Source: Acidobacteriota bacterium (GTDB taxonomy: Bacteria; Acidobacteriota; Vicinamibacteria; Vicinamibacterales; Vicinamibacteraceae). From it: a DNA stretch of 64,000 nt. Below the pieces are notes generated by a model, which saw nothing but the letters and a program-made list of their open reading frames with translations, was not told the origin of the DNA and ran no database searches. Location: NCBI GenBank assembly GCA_020845575.1, contig JADLFL010000002.1, positions 25,309 to 89,308 on the forward strand. The letters run 5' to 3'. A program made the position numbers and the translations under genes. Shown here piece after piece: positions 25,901 through 36,362 of the stretch (position 1 is the first letter of the stretch; each line of letters opens with the position of its first letter).

Positions 25901-27235
25901 ATGCTGAGGATCCTGGAGTCCACCGACACGCGGGCCGTCAGCCGCCTGCTCGAACGCACGCCCGCCGATCACGCGCGGATCGAGCCTGTCGTGAAGGAGA
26001 TTGTCGCGACGGTGCGTGCAAAGGGGGATCGCGCCCTCGTCGCGTACGCGAAGCAGTTCGATCGCCTCGACGGCCCGATCGAGCTGTCGCCGGCGGAGAT
26101 TCATGCTGGTGCCGCGGACTGCCCGCCTGCCGTGCGCCGCGCGATCGCGAAGGCCGCGCGCCACATCAGGATCGTCGCGAAGGCGCAGCTGCCCGCGCGC
26201 TGGACGAAGGTCGTGGCGCCGGGCGTGCGGGTCACGCAACGCGTCACGCCTCTCGAACGCGTCGGGTGCTACGTGCCAGGCGGACGCTATCCGCTGCCCT
26301 CGTCGCTGCTGATGGCTGCCGTGACGGCGCGTACGGCGGGCGTGCCAGAGGTGATCGTGACGTGCCCGCGACCCGACGCAGCCGTGCTCGCGGCGGCCGT
26401 CGAAGCCGGCGTCGATCGCGTGTATCACCTCGGCGGTGCGCACGCGATCGCGGCGATGGCATACGGCACGGCGAGCGTGCCGCGCGTGGACAAGATCGTC
26501 GGTCCCGGCAACGCCTACGTGGCCGTCGCGAAGGCGCTCGTCTCGTGCGATTGCGCCATCGACTTCTTCGCGGGTCCGAGCGAGATCGTGATCGTGTCGA
26601 CGTCGGGGCGTCCCGGCTGGGTCGCGGCCGACCTGCTCGCGCAGGCCGAACACGACGAGGACGCGCGGGCCATCCTGATCACGCCATCGAAGCAACTCGC
26701 GTCGCAGGTTGCGAAGGCCGTCGCGAAGCAGCTCGCCACGCCTGCCGCAGCCGCCACGCCCGCCGCGACGGCACTCGCGCGCAATGGGGCGATCGTCGTC
26801 ACGCGATCGATCGAAGAAGCCGCCGCGCTCGCCAATCGCATGGCTCCAGAGCATCTCGTGGTCGATTCACTCGACGTGGCGGCGATGATCCCCGCCGCCG
26901 GCTCGATTTTTGTGGGCGAGTGGACGGCCCAGGCCGCCGGCGACTACGCGATCGGCTCGAATCATGTGCTGCCCACGAGTGGCGCCGCGCGGTTCCGCGG
27001 CGGCCTGCACGCGTGGGATTTCGTGCGCGTGTCCACGGTGCAGCAGCTCACGCGCAAGGGCATCGAACTGATCGGGTCCACCGCCGCGACACTGGCCGAC
27101 GCCGAGGGGCTGGCGCTGCACGCGCTGTCGATTCGCGCGCGACTGACCGCTCCCGAGGCGAAACGACCCGTAGGGACGGCGAAACGTTCGCACACGAGAT
27201 CCCGTGACAGCAAGCGCGGTGGTGGGCGGCGATGA
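25901..27235 (+). CDS. hisD: Histidinol dehydrogenase
   Basis: GCYVPGG, DKIVGPGNAYV, AGPSE, DLLAQAEHD, APEHL, GDYAIGSNHVLPT; start ATG 25901. Confidence 0.95.
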   Translation: MLRILESTDTRAVSRLLERTPADHARIEPVVKEIVATVRAKGDRALVAYAKQFDRLDGPIELSPAEIHAGAADCPPAVRRAIAKAARHIRIVAKAQLPARWTKVVAPGVRVTQRVTPLERVGCYVPGGRYPLPSSLLMAAVTARTAGVPEVIVTCPRPDAAVLAAAVEAGVDRVYHLGGAHAIAAMAYGTASVPRVDKIVGPGNAYVAVAKALVSCDCAIDFFAGPSEIVIVSTSGRPGWVAADLLAQAEHDEDARAILITPSKQLASQVAKAVAKQLATPAAAATPAATALARNGAIVVTRSIEEAAALANRMAPEHLVVDSLDVAAMIPAAGSIFVGEWTAQAAGDYAIGSNHVLPTSGAARFRGGLHAWDFVRVSTVQQLTRKGIELIGSTAATLADAEGLALHALSIRARLTAPEAKRPVGTAKRSHTRSRDSKRGGGRR

Positions 27236-28275
27236 GCGCGGGCGATCAGTATGCGTACGACAGGGCCGACGCGCCGGCCAATGCGTTGCGGCTGCACCTC
27301 AACGAGCACACGGGTGGCTGCTCGCCGGCCGTCACGGCCGCATTGGCGGCGATGACACGCGAGACTGTCGCCCAGTATCCCGACTACGCGCGCGTCACGC
27401 AGGCCGTGGCAGACGATGCCGGCGTGCCGGCGGCCAGAGTGCTGCTCACCAACGGTCTCGACGAGGGCATCGTCGCCGTCGCGATGGCGCAGTTGCGCGC
27501 GCAGCCGGAAGCCGTGATTCCCGAGCCGGCGTTCGGCATGTATGCCAATGCCACGGAGGCCGTAGGGGGCACCGTGGTACGGGTGATGCCGGGGCCAGAT
27601 CTGTCGCTCGATCGTGAGGCGATCGCCGCCGCGATCACGCCGCGCACCGGTGTGCTGTTCATCGCCACGCCCGGCAATCCGAGCGGCGTCTCGCTCACGC
27701 ACGATGAGATCACCTGGCTCGCCTCCGCGCTGCCGCCTGGCGCGCTGCTGCTGCTCGACGAGGCCTACATCGCGTTCGGCGGCACGTCCTTCCTGCCGCA
27801 CCTCGACGAGTGGCCGAACGTGGCGATCGGACGTACGTTCGCGAAGGCTTACGGATTGGCCGGCGTGCGCGCCGGCGCCATCATCGCGCGGGAGGACGTG
27901 ATCGCGCGCCTGCGCCGCATGATCCCGCCTTACAGCCTGAACGCCTTCGCCGCCACGGCTCTCGAAGCGGCCATCGGCGATCCGGCGTACGTCGACGCCT
28001 ATCGAGCGGAAGTGGCAGCCTCGCGGCAGTTGTTCTACGACGCCTGCGACAGGTGGGGCCTCTCGTACCTGCGCAGCGACGCCAACTTCGTGCTCGTGCG
28101 CGCGGGCGAGAAGCGTGAGGCGATCCTCGCGGGCCTCGAAGCGCGCGGCATCTACGTGCGCGACAGGCACGGTCAGCCCGGCTGCGACGGCTGCATCCGC
28201 ATCACGACGGGCCTGGTGGCCCACACCAGGGCGTGCATCGACGTCATGGAGGAGATCCTGTGCGCAAAGGCGTGA
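27232..28275 (+). CDS. hisC: Histidinol-phosphate aminotransferase
   Basis: [37 protein letters not shown], his operon context. Confidence 0.92.
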   Translation: MSAGDQYAYDRADAPANALRLHLNEHTGGCSPAVTAALAAMTRETVAQYPDYARVTQAVADDAGVPAARVLLTNGLDEGIVAVAMAQLRAQPEAVIPEPAFGMYANATEAVGGTVVRVMPGPDLSLDREAIAAAITPRTGVLFIATPGNPSGVSLTHDEITWLASALPPGALLLLDEAYIAFGGTSFLPHLDEWPNVAIGRTFAKAYGLAGVRAGAIIAREDVIARLRRMIPPYSLNAFAATALEAAIGDPAYVDAYRAEVAASRQLFYDACDRWGLSYLRSDANFVLVRAGEKREAILAGLEARGIYVRDRHGQPGCDGCIRITTGLVAHTRACIDVMEEILCAKA

Positions 28276-28847
28276 TCGCGCGACACACGCGCGAGACCCG
28301 TATCGACATCAGGCTCGGCATCGAGGGCAAGGGACGCTACGACGTCCACACCGGCATCAGGTTCTTCGACCACATGCTGGAGCTCTTCACGCGGCACGGC
28401 GCGTTCGACCTGACGCTGAAGGCCGACGGCGATCTCGACGTCGATCAACACCACACGGTGGAGGACGTCGGCATCGCGCTCGGCGAGGCGTTCACGCAGG
28501 CGCTCGGCAGCAAGGTCGGCATCAACAGGGCCGGCTACTTCCTGATGCCGATGGACGAGACGCTCGCGATCGCGGCCGTGGATCTCGGCGGACGCCCGCA
28601 TGCCGTTGTCGATCTCGGCGTACGCGTGCGGCTGGTGGGCGATCTGCAGGTGGAACTGCTGCACGACTTCTTCGAGGGCTTCGCGCAGGGCGCACGCGCG
28701 AACGTCCACGTGAAGGTGATGTACGGGCGATCGAGCCACCATCGCATCGAGGCGGTGTTCAAGGCGTTCGCGCGCGCGATGCGCGTGGCCTGCGCGAAGG
28801 ACAAGCAGCTCGCGCGCATGCTGCCCAGCACGAAGGGCCTGCTGTGA
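28260..28847 (+). CDS. hisB: Imidazoleglycerol-phosphate dehydratase (monofunctional)
   Basis: [30 protein letters not shown]; GTG start 28260. Confidence 0.95.
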   Translation: MRKGVIARHTRETRIDIRLGIEGKGRYDVHTGIRFFDHMLELFTRHGAFDLTLKADGDLDVDQHHTVEDVGIALGEAFTQALGSKVGINRAGYFLMPMDETLAIAAVDLGGRPHAVVDLGVRVRLVGDLQVELLHDFFEGFAQGARANVHVKVMYGRSSHHRIEAVFKAFARAMRVACAKDKQLARMLPSTKGLL

Positions 28848-29527
28848 TCGTCGCGCTCGTCGACTACAAGGCCGGCAATCTCACGTCGGTGCGCAAGGCG
28901 CTCGCGGCCGTTGGCGCGGAGATCCTCACGCCATCGACGCCCGACGACCTGACCGCGGCCGACGCGATCGTCGTGCCCGGTGTCGGCCATTTCGACGCGA
29001 CTGCCGCGCTCGACGCGCCATGGCACGGTGCGATTCGCGCGCGCCTCGATGCCGGCGTCCCATTGCTGGGGATCTGTCTCGGACAGCAGTGGCTCTTCGA
29101 GGGTAGCGACGAGGCACCCGACGTGCCGGGCCTCGGCGTGCTGCCGGGCCGCTGCGTGAAGCTCACGCCCGTCGCCATGCCCACAGCCGACGGGACCACA
29201 CCCGTTCTGAAGGTGCCGCACGTCGGATGGAACGCGCTGACACGTACGGGACGTCCGTCGCGTCTGCTCGACGGGATTGCCGACAACGCGCAGGCGTACT
29301 TCACGCATTCATACGTCGCACCTGCAAGTGAGGCAACAGTGGCCACCACCGATCACGGCGGTGCCTTCACCAGCGTTGTCGAGCAGGGACTCGTGTTCGG
29401 CGCGCAGTTCCATCCCGAGAAGAGCGGCGGGACGGGATTGCGGATGCTGCGTAATTTCATCGACGTCGTGCGGGAACGCCGGGCGCGGAGAGACGGCCCT
29501 GCCGCGGCAACGGAGGAGGAGCGCTGA
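28844..29527 (+). CDS. hisH: Imidazole glycerol phosphate synthase glutaminase subunit
   Basis: [39 protein letters not shown]. Confidence 0.95.
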   Translation: MIVALVDYKAGNLTSVRKALAAVGAEILTPSTPDDLTAADAIVVPGVGHFDATAALDAPWHGAIRARLDAGVPLLGICLGQQWLFEGSDEAPDVPGLGVLPGRCVKLTPVAMPTADGTTPVLKVPHVGWNALTRTGRPSRLLDGIADNAQAYFTHSYVAPASEATVATTDHGGAFTSVVEQGLVFGAQFHPEKSGGTGLRMLRNFIDVVRERRARRDGPAAATEEER

Positions 29528-30285
29528 TGCTGTCCAAGCGCATCATCGCGTGCCTCGACGTGCGCGACGGACAGGTGGTCAAGGGCGTCAACTTCGAGGG
29601 ACTGCGCAACGCTGGCGATCCCGCCGAACTCGCGCGCCGGTACAACGTCGAGGGCATCGACGAGCTCGTCATCCTCGACGTGACGGCAACGCTCGAGAAG
29701 CGGCGGACGATGGCGCGCACTGTCGCGACAGTCGCGAAGGAGCTGTTCATCCCGCTCGCCGTCGGCGGAGGCATCGCGTCGGAGGACGATGCCGCTGCCG
29801 CGGTGGAGGCGGGCGCCGACAAGGTCGGCATCAACAGCGCCGCCGTCGCCAATCCCGCGCTCATCACCACGCTTGCCCGCCGCTACGGCTCACAGGCCAT
29901 CGTCGTGGCGATCGACGCCAGGCTCGAAGGCGATCGCTTCAGCGTGTACGTGCGCAGCGGATCGACGCCGACGGGACGCGACGCCGTCGAGTGGGCGCGT
30001 GAAGCCGCCGATCGCGGTGCTGGCGAGATTCTCCTGACGTCGATCGACAAGGACGGGACGCGCAGCGGTTTCGACCTGCCGATGACTGCCGCCGTGTCGA
30101 TGGCCGTCGGCATCCCCGTCATCGCGTCTGGCGGCGCGGGCACGTTCGAGCATTTCTCGGACGTCTTCACCACCGGTCGCGCCGACGCGGCGCTCGCGGC
30201 GTCTGTCTTCCATTTCAGCGAACACGCCGTGAGCGAGCTCAAGGCGCACCTCCACGCGCAGGGCATTCCGGTGCGGCAGGATTGA
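29527..30285 (+). CDS. hisF: Imidazole glycerol phosphate synthase cyclase subunit
   Basis: [44 protein letters not shown]. Confidence 0.96.
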   Translation: MLSKRIIACLDVRDGQVVKGVNFEGLRNAGDPAELARRYNVEGIDELVILDVTATLEKRRTMARTVATVAKELFIPLAVGGGIASEDDAAAAVEAGADKVGINSAAVANPALITTLARRYGSQAIVVAIDARLEGDRFSVYVRSGSTPTGRDAVEWAREAADRGAGEILLTSIDKDGTRSGFDLPMTAAVSMAVGIPVIASGGAGTFEHFSDVFTTGRADAALAASVFHFSEHAVSELKAHLHAQGIPVRQD

Positions 30286-30288
30286 CCC

Positions 30289-30978
30289 ATGCTGATTCCC
30301 GCAATCGATCTCCGCGACGGCCAGGTGGTGCAACTGGTCCAGGGCAAACGTCTCGCGCTGGCCACCGACGACTGGCAGTCATGGGTGGAGCGCTTCCGCC
30401 CGTTCCCGAAGGTGCAGCTCATCGACCTCGACGCGGCGATGGAGCGCGGCGCGAACGACGCACTGATGCGGAAGATCTGCGCCGAGAAGGCGTGCCGCGT
30501 TGGTGGGGGCATCCGCTCCATCGATCGTGCAACGCACGTCCTCTCGCTCGGCGCCACGCACGTGATCGTGAGCTCGGCGCTGTTCAGGGACGGGCTGCTG
30601 GATCTCGACTTCGCGGCCACGCTGGCCGACACGATCGGACGTGAGCGGATCATCGCCGCGGTCGACAGCTCGCAGGGCGTCGTCACGATCCGGGGCTGGC
30701 AGGAAGCGACGCGCGTGACCGCCGTCGAAGCGGCGCGTGCACTCGAACCGTTCTGCGACGAGTTCCTCTACACGAACGTGGACACCGAGGGGCTGATGCA
30801 GGGCATCCCGATCGACGCCGTTCGCGCCGTCCGCAACGCCACCACGCGCCGCGTCGTCGCCGCCGGCGGCATCACCACGCAGGACGAGATCGATGCGCTC
30901 GATGCCATGGACGTCGACGCCGTCGTCGGCATGGCCATCTACACGGGACGCCTCAGCTTGAAGCTGCCAGGCGCCTGA
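30289..30978 (+). CDS. hisA: ProFAR isomerase
   Basis: [47 protein letters not shown]. Confidence 0.9.
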   Translation: MLIPAIDLRDGQVVQLVQGKRLALATDDWQSWVERFRPFPKVQLIDLDAAMERGANDALMRKICAEKACRVGGGIRSIDRATHVLSLGATHVIVSSALFRDGLLDLDFAATLADTIGRERIIAAVDSSQGVVTIRGWQEATRVTAVEAARALEPFCDEFLYTNVDTEGLMQGIPIDAVRAVRNATTRRVVAAGGITTQDEIDALDAMDVDAVVGMAIYTGRLSLKLPGA

Positions 30979-30984
30979 CATCCT

Positions 30985-31033
30985 CCGGGCACCGGGCACC
31001 GGGCACCGGGCTCCGGGCACCGGGCTCCGGGCT
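30985..31033 (+). repeat. Heptamer tandem repeat CCGGGC(A/T) x7
   Basis: Seven consecutive units just after the hisA stop; a REP-like CCGCCTTCGCGCCTGCGGTGCTTCGGCG follows at about 31056-31083. Confidence 0.85.
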
Positions 31034-31113
31034 CCGGCATTCCCGGCATCGCGGCCCGCCTTCGCGCCTGCGGTGCTTCGGCGCGGCAGGCATTCCGCGC
31101 TACCCTTCCGCGC

Positions 31114-33555
31114 ATGCCTCAGTGCTCCCGGCGGCGCCGCCTTGTGCTCGTGCTCGCGGTGGCCGGACTCCTCTCCGGCGGATGCGCCGGCGACGATCCT
31201 TTCAACGTCGACAACGTCCGCGCCCACGTCGAACGACTGACCTCCAACGGCAGCCGCTGGACGGGCACCTCGTCGAATGAGAAGGCTCGCGCCTACGCGA
31301 TCGAGACGCTGCAGTTGTACGGCTTCGACGTGAGGGTGCAGGAGGCCGATGCGGCGTGGCGTGAAGGCGGTGTCACCACGCGGCTCTCCAACATCATCGC
31401 CATCAAGCCCGGCACGCACCAGGACGCGATCGGTCTCGTGTCGCACATCGACTCCGTGGCATGGGGACCCGGCGCCGGCGACGATGCGATCGGGACGGCG
31501 GTGCTGCTGGAGAGCGCGCGCGTGCTCGGCGCGCGACAGGAGCCGCGCTATTCGCTGATGCTGCTCGTGACCGACGGCGAAGAACATGGCCTGATGGGTG
31601 CGCGGGCACTGCTGGACGACCCTGAGGTACGGGCTCGCCTGCGGACGTTCATCAACCTCGAAGCCATCGGCACGTCGAGCCCGTTCATCCTCTTCGAGAC
31701 GGGCCCCGGCACGAGTCCCGCGCTGCGGGCATGGGCGTCAGCCACGCGACCGCGCGGCGGCTCGTACATGCAGTCGATCTACGACGCGCTCCCGAACGAC
31801 ACGGACTTCTCGGTGCTGAAGGAGCTGCCCGGCGTGTCTGGCGTCAACTTCGCGGCAGCGGGAGACGGGTACACGTACCACACCGATCGCGATCGCGCCG
31901 ATCGCGTCACCACCGGCGTGTTGCGAGAGGCCGGCCGCAACGTCTTCGACATCGTCTCCGGGCTCGACGCGATGACGACGCTGGCTCCGGAGCCGGCGAG
32001 TCCGATGTACTTCTCACTGCTGGATCGCACGGCATTCCTGACGTCTCTGCGCACGGGCGTGGCCATCGGATGGCTGGCCGTGGTGCTCGGCGCGCTGGCG
32101 TGGGTGGGCATGCTGCGACGGGTGGTGCGGAACGGTGGTGTGCGTCATGCCTTCGTGACGATCGCGTGGGCGACACTTGCCGCGGCGGCCGTGTTCGGCG
32201 CGCTGGTGGCGGCCGTGTGGTTGCTGAGGGCGGGACGCGCGGAACTGCATCCGTGGTTCGCGCATCCCTGGCGCCTCTTCGCGTTCATGACGGTGATGGT
32301 CGTGACCGTCACGTGGCTCGTGCGACGGCTCGCGACGGCGCTGCCGCCAGCATTGCGACCGGACGGCACGCCATTCGGTGTCTGGTACGCCGCGTTGCCC
32401 GTGTGGATCCTCATGCTCGTCGCGGCGCTGCTGCACGCACCAGCGGCGTCGTACCTCGTGTCGATGCCGCTCCTCGCCGCGGCACTGCTCGCGGGCCCGG
32501 CTGTGGGGGTTGCCGGCACCGGTGATGCGCTGCGTACGTGGCCGGCGCGCGTCGCGAGTGCGCTCGTCGCGATGCTCGTCTGGATCCTGTGGGCGCCCGA
32601 CCTCGTCGTGCTGCTGCCATTCGTCGTCACGCTGCTCGGCAGACTGCCTGTCGTGACGCCAACGTGGGTCTACCCCGTCGCGTTCTTCGTCGCGGGCATC
32701 GTGTTGTGGCCGCCGATGCTGGCCGTCCTCGTGGGACGCGTGCAATGGCGGCTGGCGCACAGCGTGGCGGGCAGCGTGCTGATGGTGGCCCTCGTGGTGT
32801 CTGGCCTGCTCGCGTGGATGGCGCCGGCGTTCACGGCGGAACGGCCGCAGCAGCGATCGGCGATGTTCATCGACGATCGCGTGCGCCAGACGGCGCAGTG
32901 GGCGCTGTACGGCAACGAACCCGGTGTCGACATAGGCCCGGGCGGGCCAGCCGACGTCGCGTGGGAGGGTGTCGACGGTCTGGCGATCGCCGGGGCGCTG
33001 GTCGCACCGAAGGCGCACCTGTTCCGCGCGCGCGTCCCGAATCCCTCGTCGCCAGCGCCAGTGACGGTCACCGCGACAGTGGCGCGCGGACAGGGTGATG
33101 CGGACGTCGAGGTCACGGTGGTTCCCGTCGATCCGGACTGGAGCAGCATGGCGATCGTGTTGCCGGAGTCGCTGGTGCCCACGCGATCGTCGCTCGCGGG
33201 ACGCACGCGCGCGGATCGCTGGCAGGCGTGGATGACGGCCGTGCCGGCCGACGGCATGACGTGGCGCGCCACGATCCCGTCCGGTCAGGCCGACAGACTC
33301 TCGGCGATGGAAGTCTGGGTGTCACGGTTCACGCTGCCAGACGCGGTACCGGGCGGTCAGGTCCCCGCGTGGCTGCAGGCACCGCACACGGCGTGGATGA
33401 CGCAGCACCTCGTGATGCTGCCCGTGATCGCCAACCAAGTGCAGCAGGTGGCCATGCCACTCGCACCACTCGTCCTGCCCGTTCCTTCATCGACGCCCGC
33501 CAACGCCGCGCCGCTGCAGCCGGCCGCGACACCAGGGACCGGAGGTCCGCGGTGA
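31114..33555 (+). CDS. M28 family metallopeptidase with a multi-pass membrane domain
   Basis: Possible lipobox LSGGC; SHIDS, GAGDD, TDGEE, INLEA, NDTDF, YHT; 8-9 TM helices, then a soluble C-terminal domain. Confidence 0.85.
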   Translation: MPQCSRRRRLVLVLAVAGLLSGGCAGDDPFNVDNVRAHVERLTSNGSRWTGTSSNEKARAYAIETLQLYGFDVRVQEADAAWREGGVTTRLSNIIAIKPGTHQDAIGLVSHIDSVAWGPGAGDDAIGTAVLLESARVLGARQEPRYSLMLLVTDGEEHGLMGARALLDDPEVRARLRTFINLEAIGTSSPFILFETGPGTSPALRAWASATRPRGGSYMQSIYDALPNDTDFSVLKELPGVSGVNFAAAGDGYTYHTDRDRADRVTTGVLREAGRNVFDIVSGLDAMTTLAPEPASPMYFSLLDRTAFLTSLRTGVAIGWLAVVLGALAWVGMLRRVVRNGGVRHAFVTIAWATLAAAAVFGALVAAVWLLRAGRAELHPWFAHPWRLFAFMTVMVVTVTWLVRRLATALPPALRPDGTPFGVWYAALPVWILMLVAALLHAPAASYLVSMPLLAAALLAGPAVGVAGTGDALRTWPARVASALVAMLVWILWAPDLVVLLPFVVTLLGRLPVVTPTWVYPVAFFVAGIVLWPPMLAVLVGRVQWRLAHSVAGSVLMVALVVSGLLAWMAPAFTAERPQQRSAMFIDDRVRQTAQWALYGNEPGVDIGPGGPADVAWEGVDGLAIAGALVAPKAHLFRARVPNPSSPAPVTVTATVARGQGDADVEVTVVPVDPDWSSMAIVLPESLVPTRSSLAGRTRADRWQAWMTAVPADGMTWRATIPSGQADRLSAMEVWVSRFTLPDAVPGGQVPAWLQAPHTAWMTQHLVMLPVIANQVQQVAMPLAPLVLPVPSSTPANAAPLQPAATPGTGGPR

Positions 33556-34868
33556 GCGGAACAGCAACGAGCCGCTGGCTGGACCACCTGGGTCTCGGCC
33601 GGCCCGAACTGCGGGCGTGGGCGCTCTACGACTGGGCCAACTCCGCGTTCATCACGACGATCGTCGCGGCGGTCTTTCCCATCTACTACAACAACGTGGC
33701 GGCGCGCGGCATCGCGCCCGAGACCGCCGCGTTCAACTTCAGCATGGGCACGACGATCGCGCTGGCCGCGAGCGCACTCGTCGCGCCGGTGCTCGGCGCC
33801 ATCGCCGACCACCGGCCGTACAAGAAGCGCTTCCTCGGTCTCTTCATGGTGGCCGGAGCACTCGCCTCGATGGCGATGGCGACGATCGGCGAGGGCGACT
33901 GGCGTCTGGCCATCGGCTTGTTCATGGTGGGCAACATCGCCGTGAGCGCGTCGATCGCGTTCTACGATTCCCTGCTGCCGCACGTGGCCGCGCCCGGGGA
34001 GCTCGATCGGGTCTCCTCATCCGGCTACGCGCTCGGCTACCTGGGCGGCGGACTGTTGCTGGCGCTGAATCTTGCGTGGATTCTGCAACCGGCGTGGTTC
34101 GGGATCCGCGATGCGGGCGTCGCGACACGGCTCTCGTTCTTCAGCGTCGGCGTGTGGTGGATCGTGTTCTCGATTCCGCTGCTGCGCAGGGTGCCGGAGC
34201 CGGCGATCGCCGGTGGCGGCCAGGCCTCGATCGGCGCGGCAACGCGGCGTGCGCTCGCGGGTCTCCGGCAGACGTTCACGCACCTGCGTCAGTATCGTCA
34301 GGCGTTCCTGATGCTGCTGGCGTTCCTCATCTACAACGACGGCATCGGCACGATCATCCGGATGGCGTCGCTCTACGGCGCGCAGATCGGCATCGCAGAG
34401 CACCACCTGATCGCGGCGCTGCTGCTCGTGCAGTTCGTCGGCGTACCGTTTGCGTTCGTCTTCGGCTGGCTGGCGGGGCGCATGGGTGCCAAACGCGCGA
34501 TCTTCCTGGCGCTCGCGGTGTACACGGGCATCAGCGTGCTCGGGTTCTTCATGGCCAGTGCCGTGCACTTCTACGCGCTCGCGATCCTCGTCGGGATGGT
34601 ACAGGGCGGCAGCCAGGCACTCTCGCGATCGCTCTTCGCCAGCCTGATTCCTCGCGAGCGATCGTCGGAGTTCTTCGGCTTCTTCGCCGTCACCGAACGT
34701 ACGGCGGGCATCCTCGGCCCGCTCACGTTTGCCGCCGCGATCGCGCTCACAGGATCGAGCCGCGGCGCGATCCTGTCGGTGATCGTCTTCTTCATCGCCG
34801 GTGCCCTGATCCTCGCGCGCGTCGACGTGGACGCGGGTCAACGCGCGGTGATCAATGCCGGGGGCTGA
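33552..34868 (+). CDS. MFS transporter (UMF1/Atg22-like)
   Basis: WALYDWANSAF, FYDSLL, VSSSGYALGYLGG, QGGSQALSRS, EFFGFF; GTG start 33552. Confidence 0.9.
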   Translation: MSGTATSRWLDHLGLGRPELRAWALYDWANSAFITTIVAAVFPIYYNNVAARGIAPETAAFNFSMGTTIALAASALVAPVLGAIADHRPYKKRFLGLFMVAGALASMAMATIGEGDWRLAIGLFMVGNIAVSASIAFYDSLLPHVAAPGELDRVSSSGYALGYLGGGLLLALNLAWILQPAWFGIRDAGVATRLSFFSVGVWWIVFSIPLLRRVPEPAIAGGGQASIGAATRRALAGLRQTFTHLRQYRQAFLMLLAFLIYNDGIGTIIRMASLYGAQIGIAEHHLIAALLLVQFVGVPFAFVFGWLAGRMGAKRAIFLALAVYTGISVLGFFMASAVHFYALAILVGMVQGGSQALSRSLFASLIPRERSSEFFGFFAVTERTAGILGPLTFAAAIALTGSSRGAILSVIVFFIAGALILARVDVDAGQRAVINAGG

Positions 34869-34884
34869 AAGCCCCTGGCCTCCA
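34857..34884 (-). repeat. REP-like palindrome, TGGAGGCCAGGGG family, copy 2
   Basis: Reverse complement TGGAGGCCAGGGGCTTTCAGCCCCCGGC; overlaps the MFS stop codon. Confidence 0.65.
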
Positions 34885-34959
34885 GCTGAATCCCCGGACG
34901 CCGGGCCTCCATCGATTCCGGGTACCATCTGCCGTCATCACACTACTGGAGAGACTGCC

Positions 34960-35406
34960 ATGCAACGCATCGGTCTGGGGCTGACGCTCGGTCTTGGTAT
35001 CGCCATCGGCGCCGTTGGCGCGACGTGGGCGCAGGGGCCTGCCGCGATCATGGGATCGCGCGCCGTCGACTGGAAGGACATGAAGGCGCGGACGACGAAG
35101 ATCGGTGAGTATCGCCAGGTGTTCCAGGACCGCACCGCGACGCTCGACGAGCTGGAGCTCCACGTGACGACGCTGCTGCCGGGGCAGAGCCCGCACGCGC
35201 CGCACCAGCATCCCGATGAAGAGGTGCTGATCATCCAGAAAGGGACCGTCGAGACATTCCTCGGCGATCGCACGCAGGTGGTCGGACCGGGGTCGGTGAT
35301 CTTTCAGGCAGCCAACCAGCCGCACGCCATCCGCAACGTGGGCACGGAGCCTGCCGTGTACCACGTCATCAAGTGGAACTCGCCGGGGATGAAGTTCAAA
35401 AAATAG
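34960..35406 (+). CDS. Secreted cupin domain protein
   Basis: Signal peptide; PHAPHQHPDEE and QPHAIRN cupin motifs; start ATG 34960. Confidence 0.85.
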   Translation: MQRIGLGLTLGLGIAIGAVGATWAQGPAAIMGSRAVDWKDMKARTTKIGEYRQVFQDRTATLDELELHVTTLLPGQSPHAPHQHPDEEVLIIQKGTVETFLGDRTQVVGPGSVIFQAANQPHAIRNVGTEPAVYHVIKWNSPGMKFKK

Positions 35407-35466
35407 CCGGCAACGAGCAATCGGCAAACCGGCAACCGGACATCACAGCCTGCGTGGCGCCGGTTG

Positions 35467-36192
35467 TCAGGCGACGAAGGCGTCGTAGTCGATCGCGGCG
35501 ACGAGGACCGGACGACCGCCAGACAGGCGAACCGTCGGCTGGACGAGGTGGCCGTCTTCGGAGAAGCGCAGCGGCGCGCCCTTGTGTCCGTCGAACGAGA
35601 GGGCGAGCGGATCCGATTCGCCGGCCGCTGACCGTACGGCCATCTCGAAGGCCACCTGCACCGCCATCCAGCCGCGCCAGGCCTCCTGGTCCATCGGCAC
35701 ACCCGTGTGTTGGCGGAAGCGCGCGTTGAGCGATGCCGCCTCCGGGGTGTCGATCCGCGGGTGCCAGTCGAGGTGGCGCGGCTGATACGGCGCCGGGGTG
35801 GCGGACGCCACCGACCACGCGCCTGGCCGCCATTCGCGCAACGGACACGTGTAGACCACCGTGCCCCACTCGTCCTGCCCGTCAAAGGCGTGGTCGTCGG
35901 TACGCGCAACCACCACGTTGACGGCGGCAGCTGTCGTGTCACAGAGGACGTCGCCAGACGCGCTGCCCCGCACGCGCGTGACGGCCAACAGCACGCGCAT
36001 CAGGCGCGCACGCCACTCCACATCGGCAAGTGCGAACTCCACGCCTCGACGAAGAGCGCCAGCGCCCGGGCCTTCCTCATCCCGCACGACGAGCCGGATC
36101 TCGCGCGAGGCCGCCGCGGCGGGCGTCCACCCGCTGACAAGGGTGCCCGGGATGGCGCGGCCGGCGACGTGGAGGAACGCGTGGGGCTTCAT
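35467..36192 (-). CDS. Hypothetical protein resembling part of a periplasmic ABC substrate-binding protein
   Basis: LNARFRQHTGVPMDQEAWRGWMAV...FDGHKGAPLRF...LVQP recalls binding proteins found with PQQ dehydrogenases (recall only). Confidence 0.5.
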   Translation of the reverse strand: MKPHAFLHVAGRAIPGTLVSGWTPAAAASREIRLVVRDEEGPGAGALRRGVEFALADVEWRARLMRVLLAVTRVRGSASGDVLCDTTAAAVNVVVARTDDHAFDGQDEWGTVVYTCPLREWRPGAWSVASATPAPYQPRHLDWHPRIDTPEAASLNARFRQHTGVPMDQEAWRGWMAVQVAFEMAVRSAAGESDPLALSFDGHKGAPLRFSEDGHLVQPTVRLSGGRPVLVAAIDYDAFVA

Positions 36193-36362
36193 GGTCGGGC
36201 GGGCCGGCGCATGCCGGCACAGCGCCCCTTACTGCAGCATCCCTGCCATCACCGCCATTCATGGCGATTTCGTCGAGTTGGCGTCAGTTCTTCATGTTCA
36301 ATGATTGAACCTCGTGTCGCATTTCGCTACGCAATCGCGTGTAACCGGCGTGCCCGGCGCGC

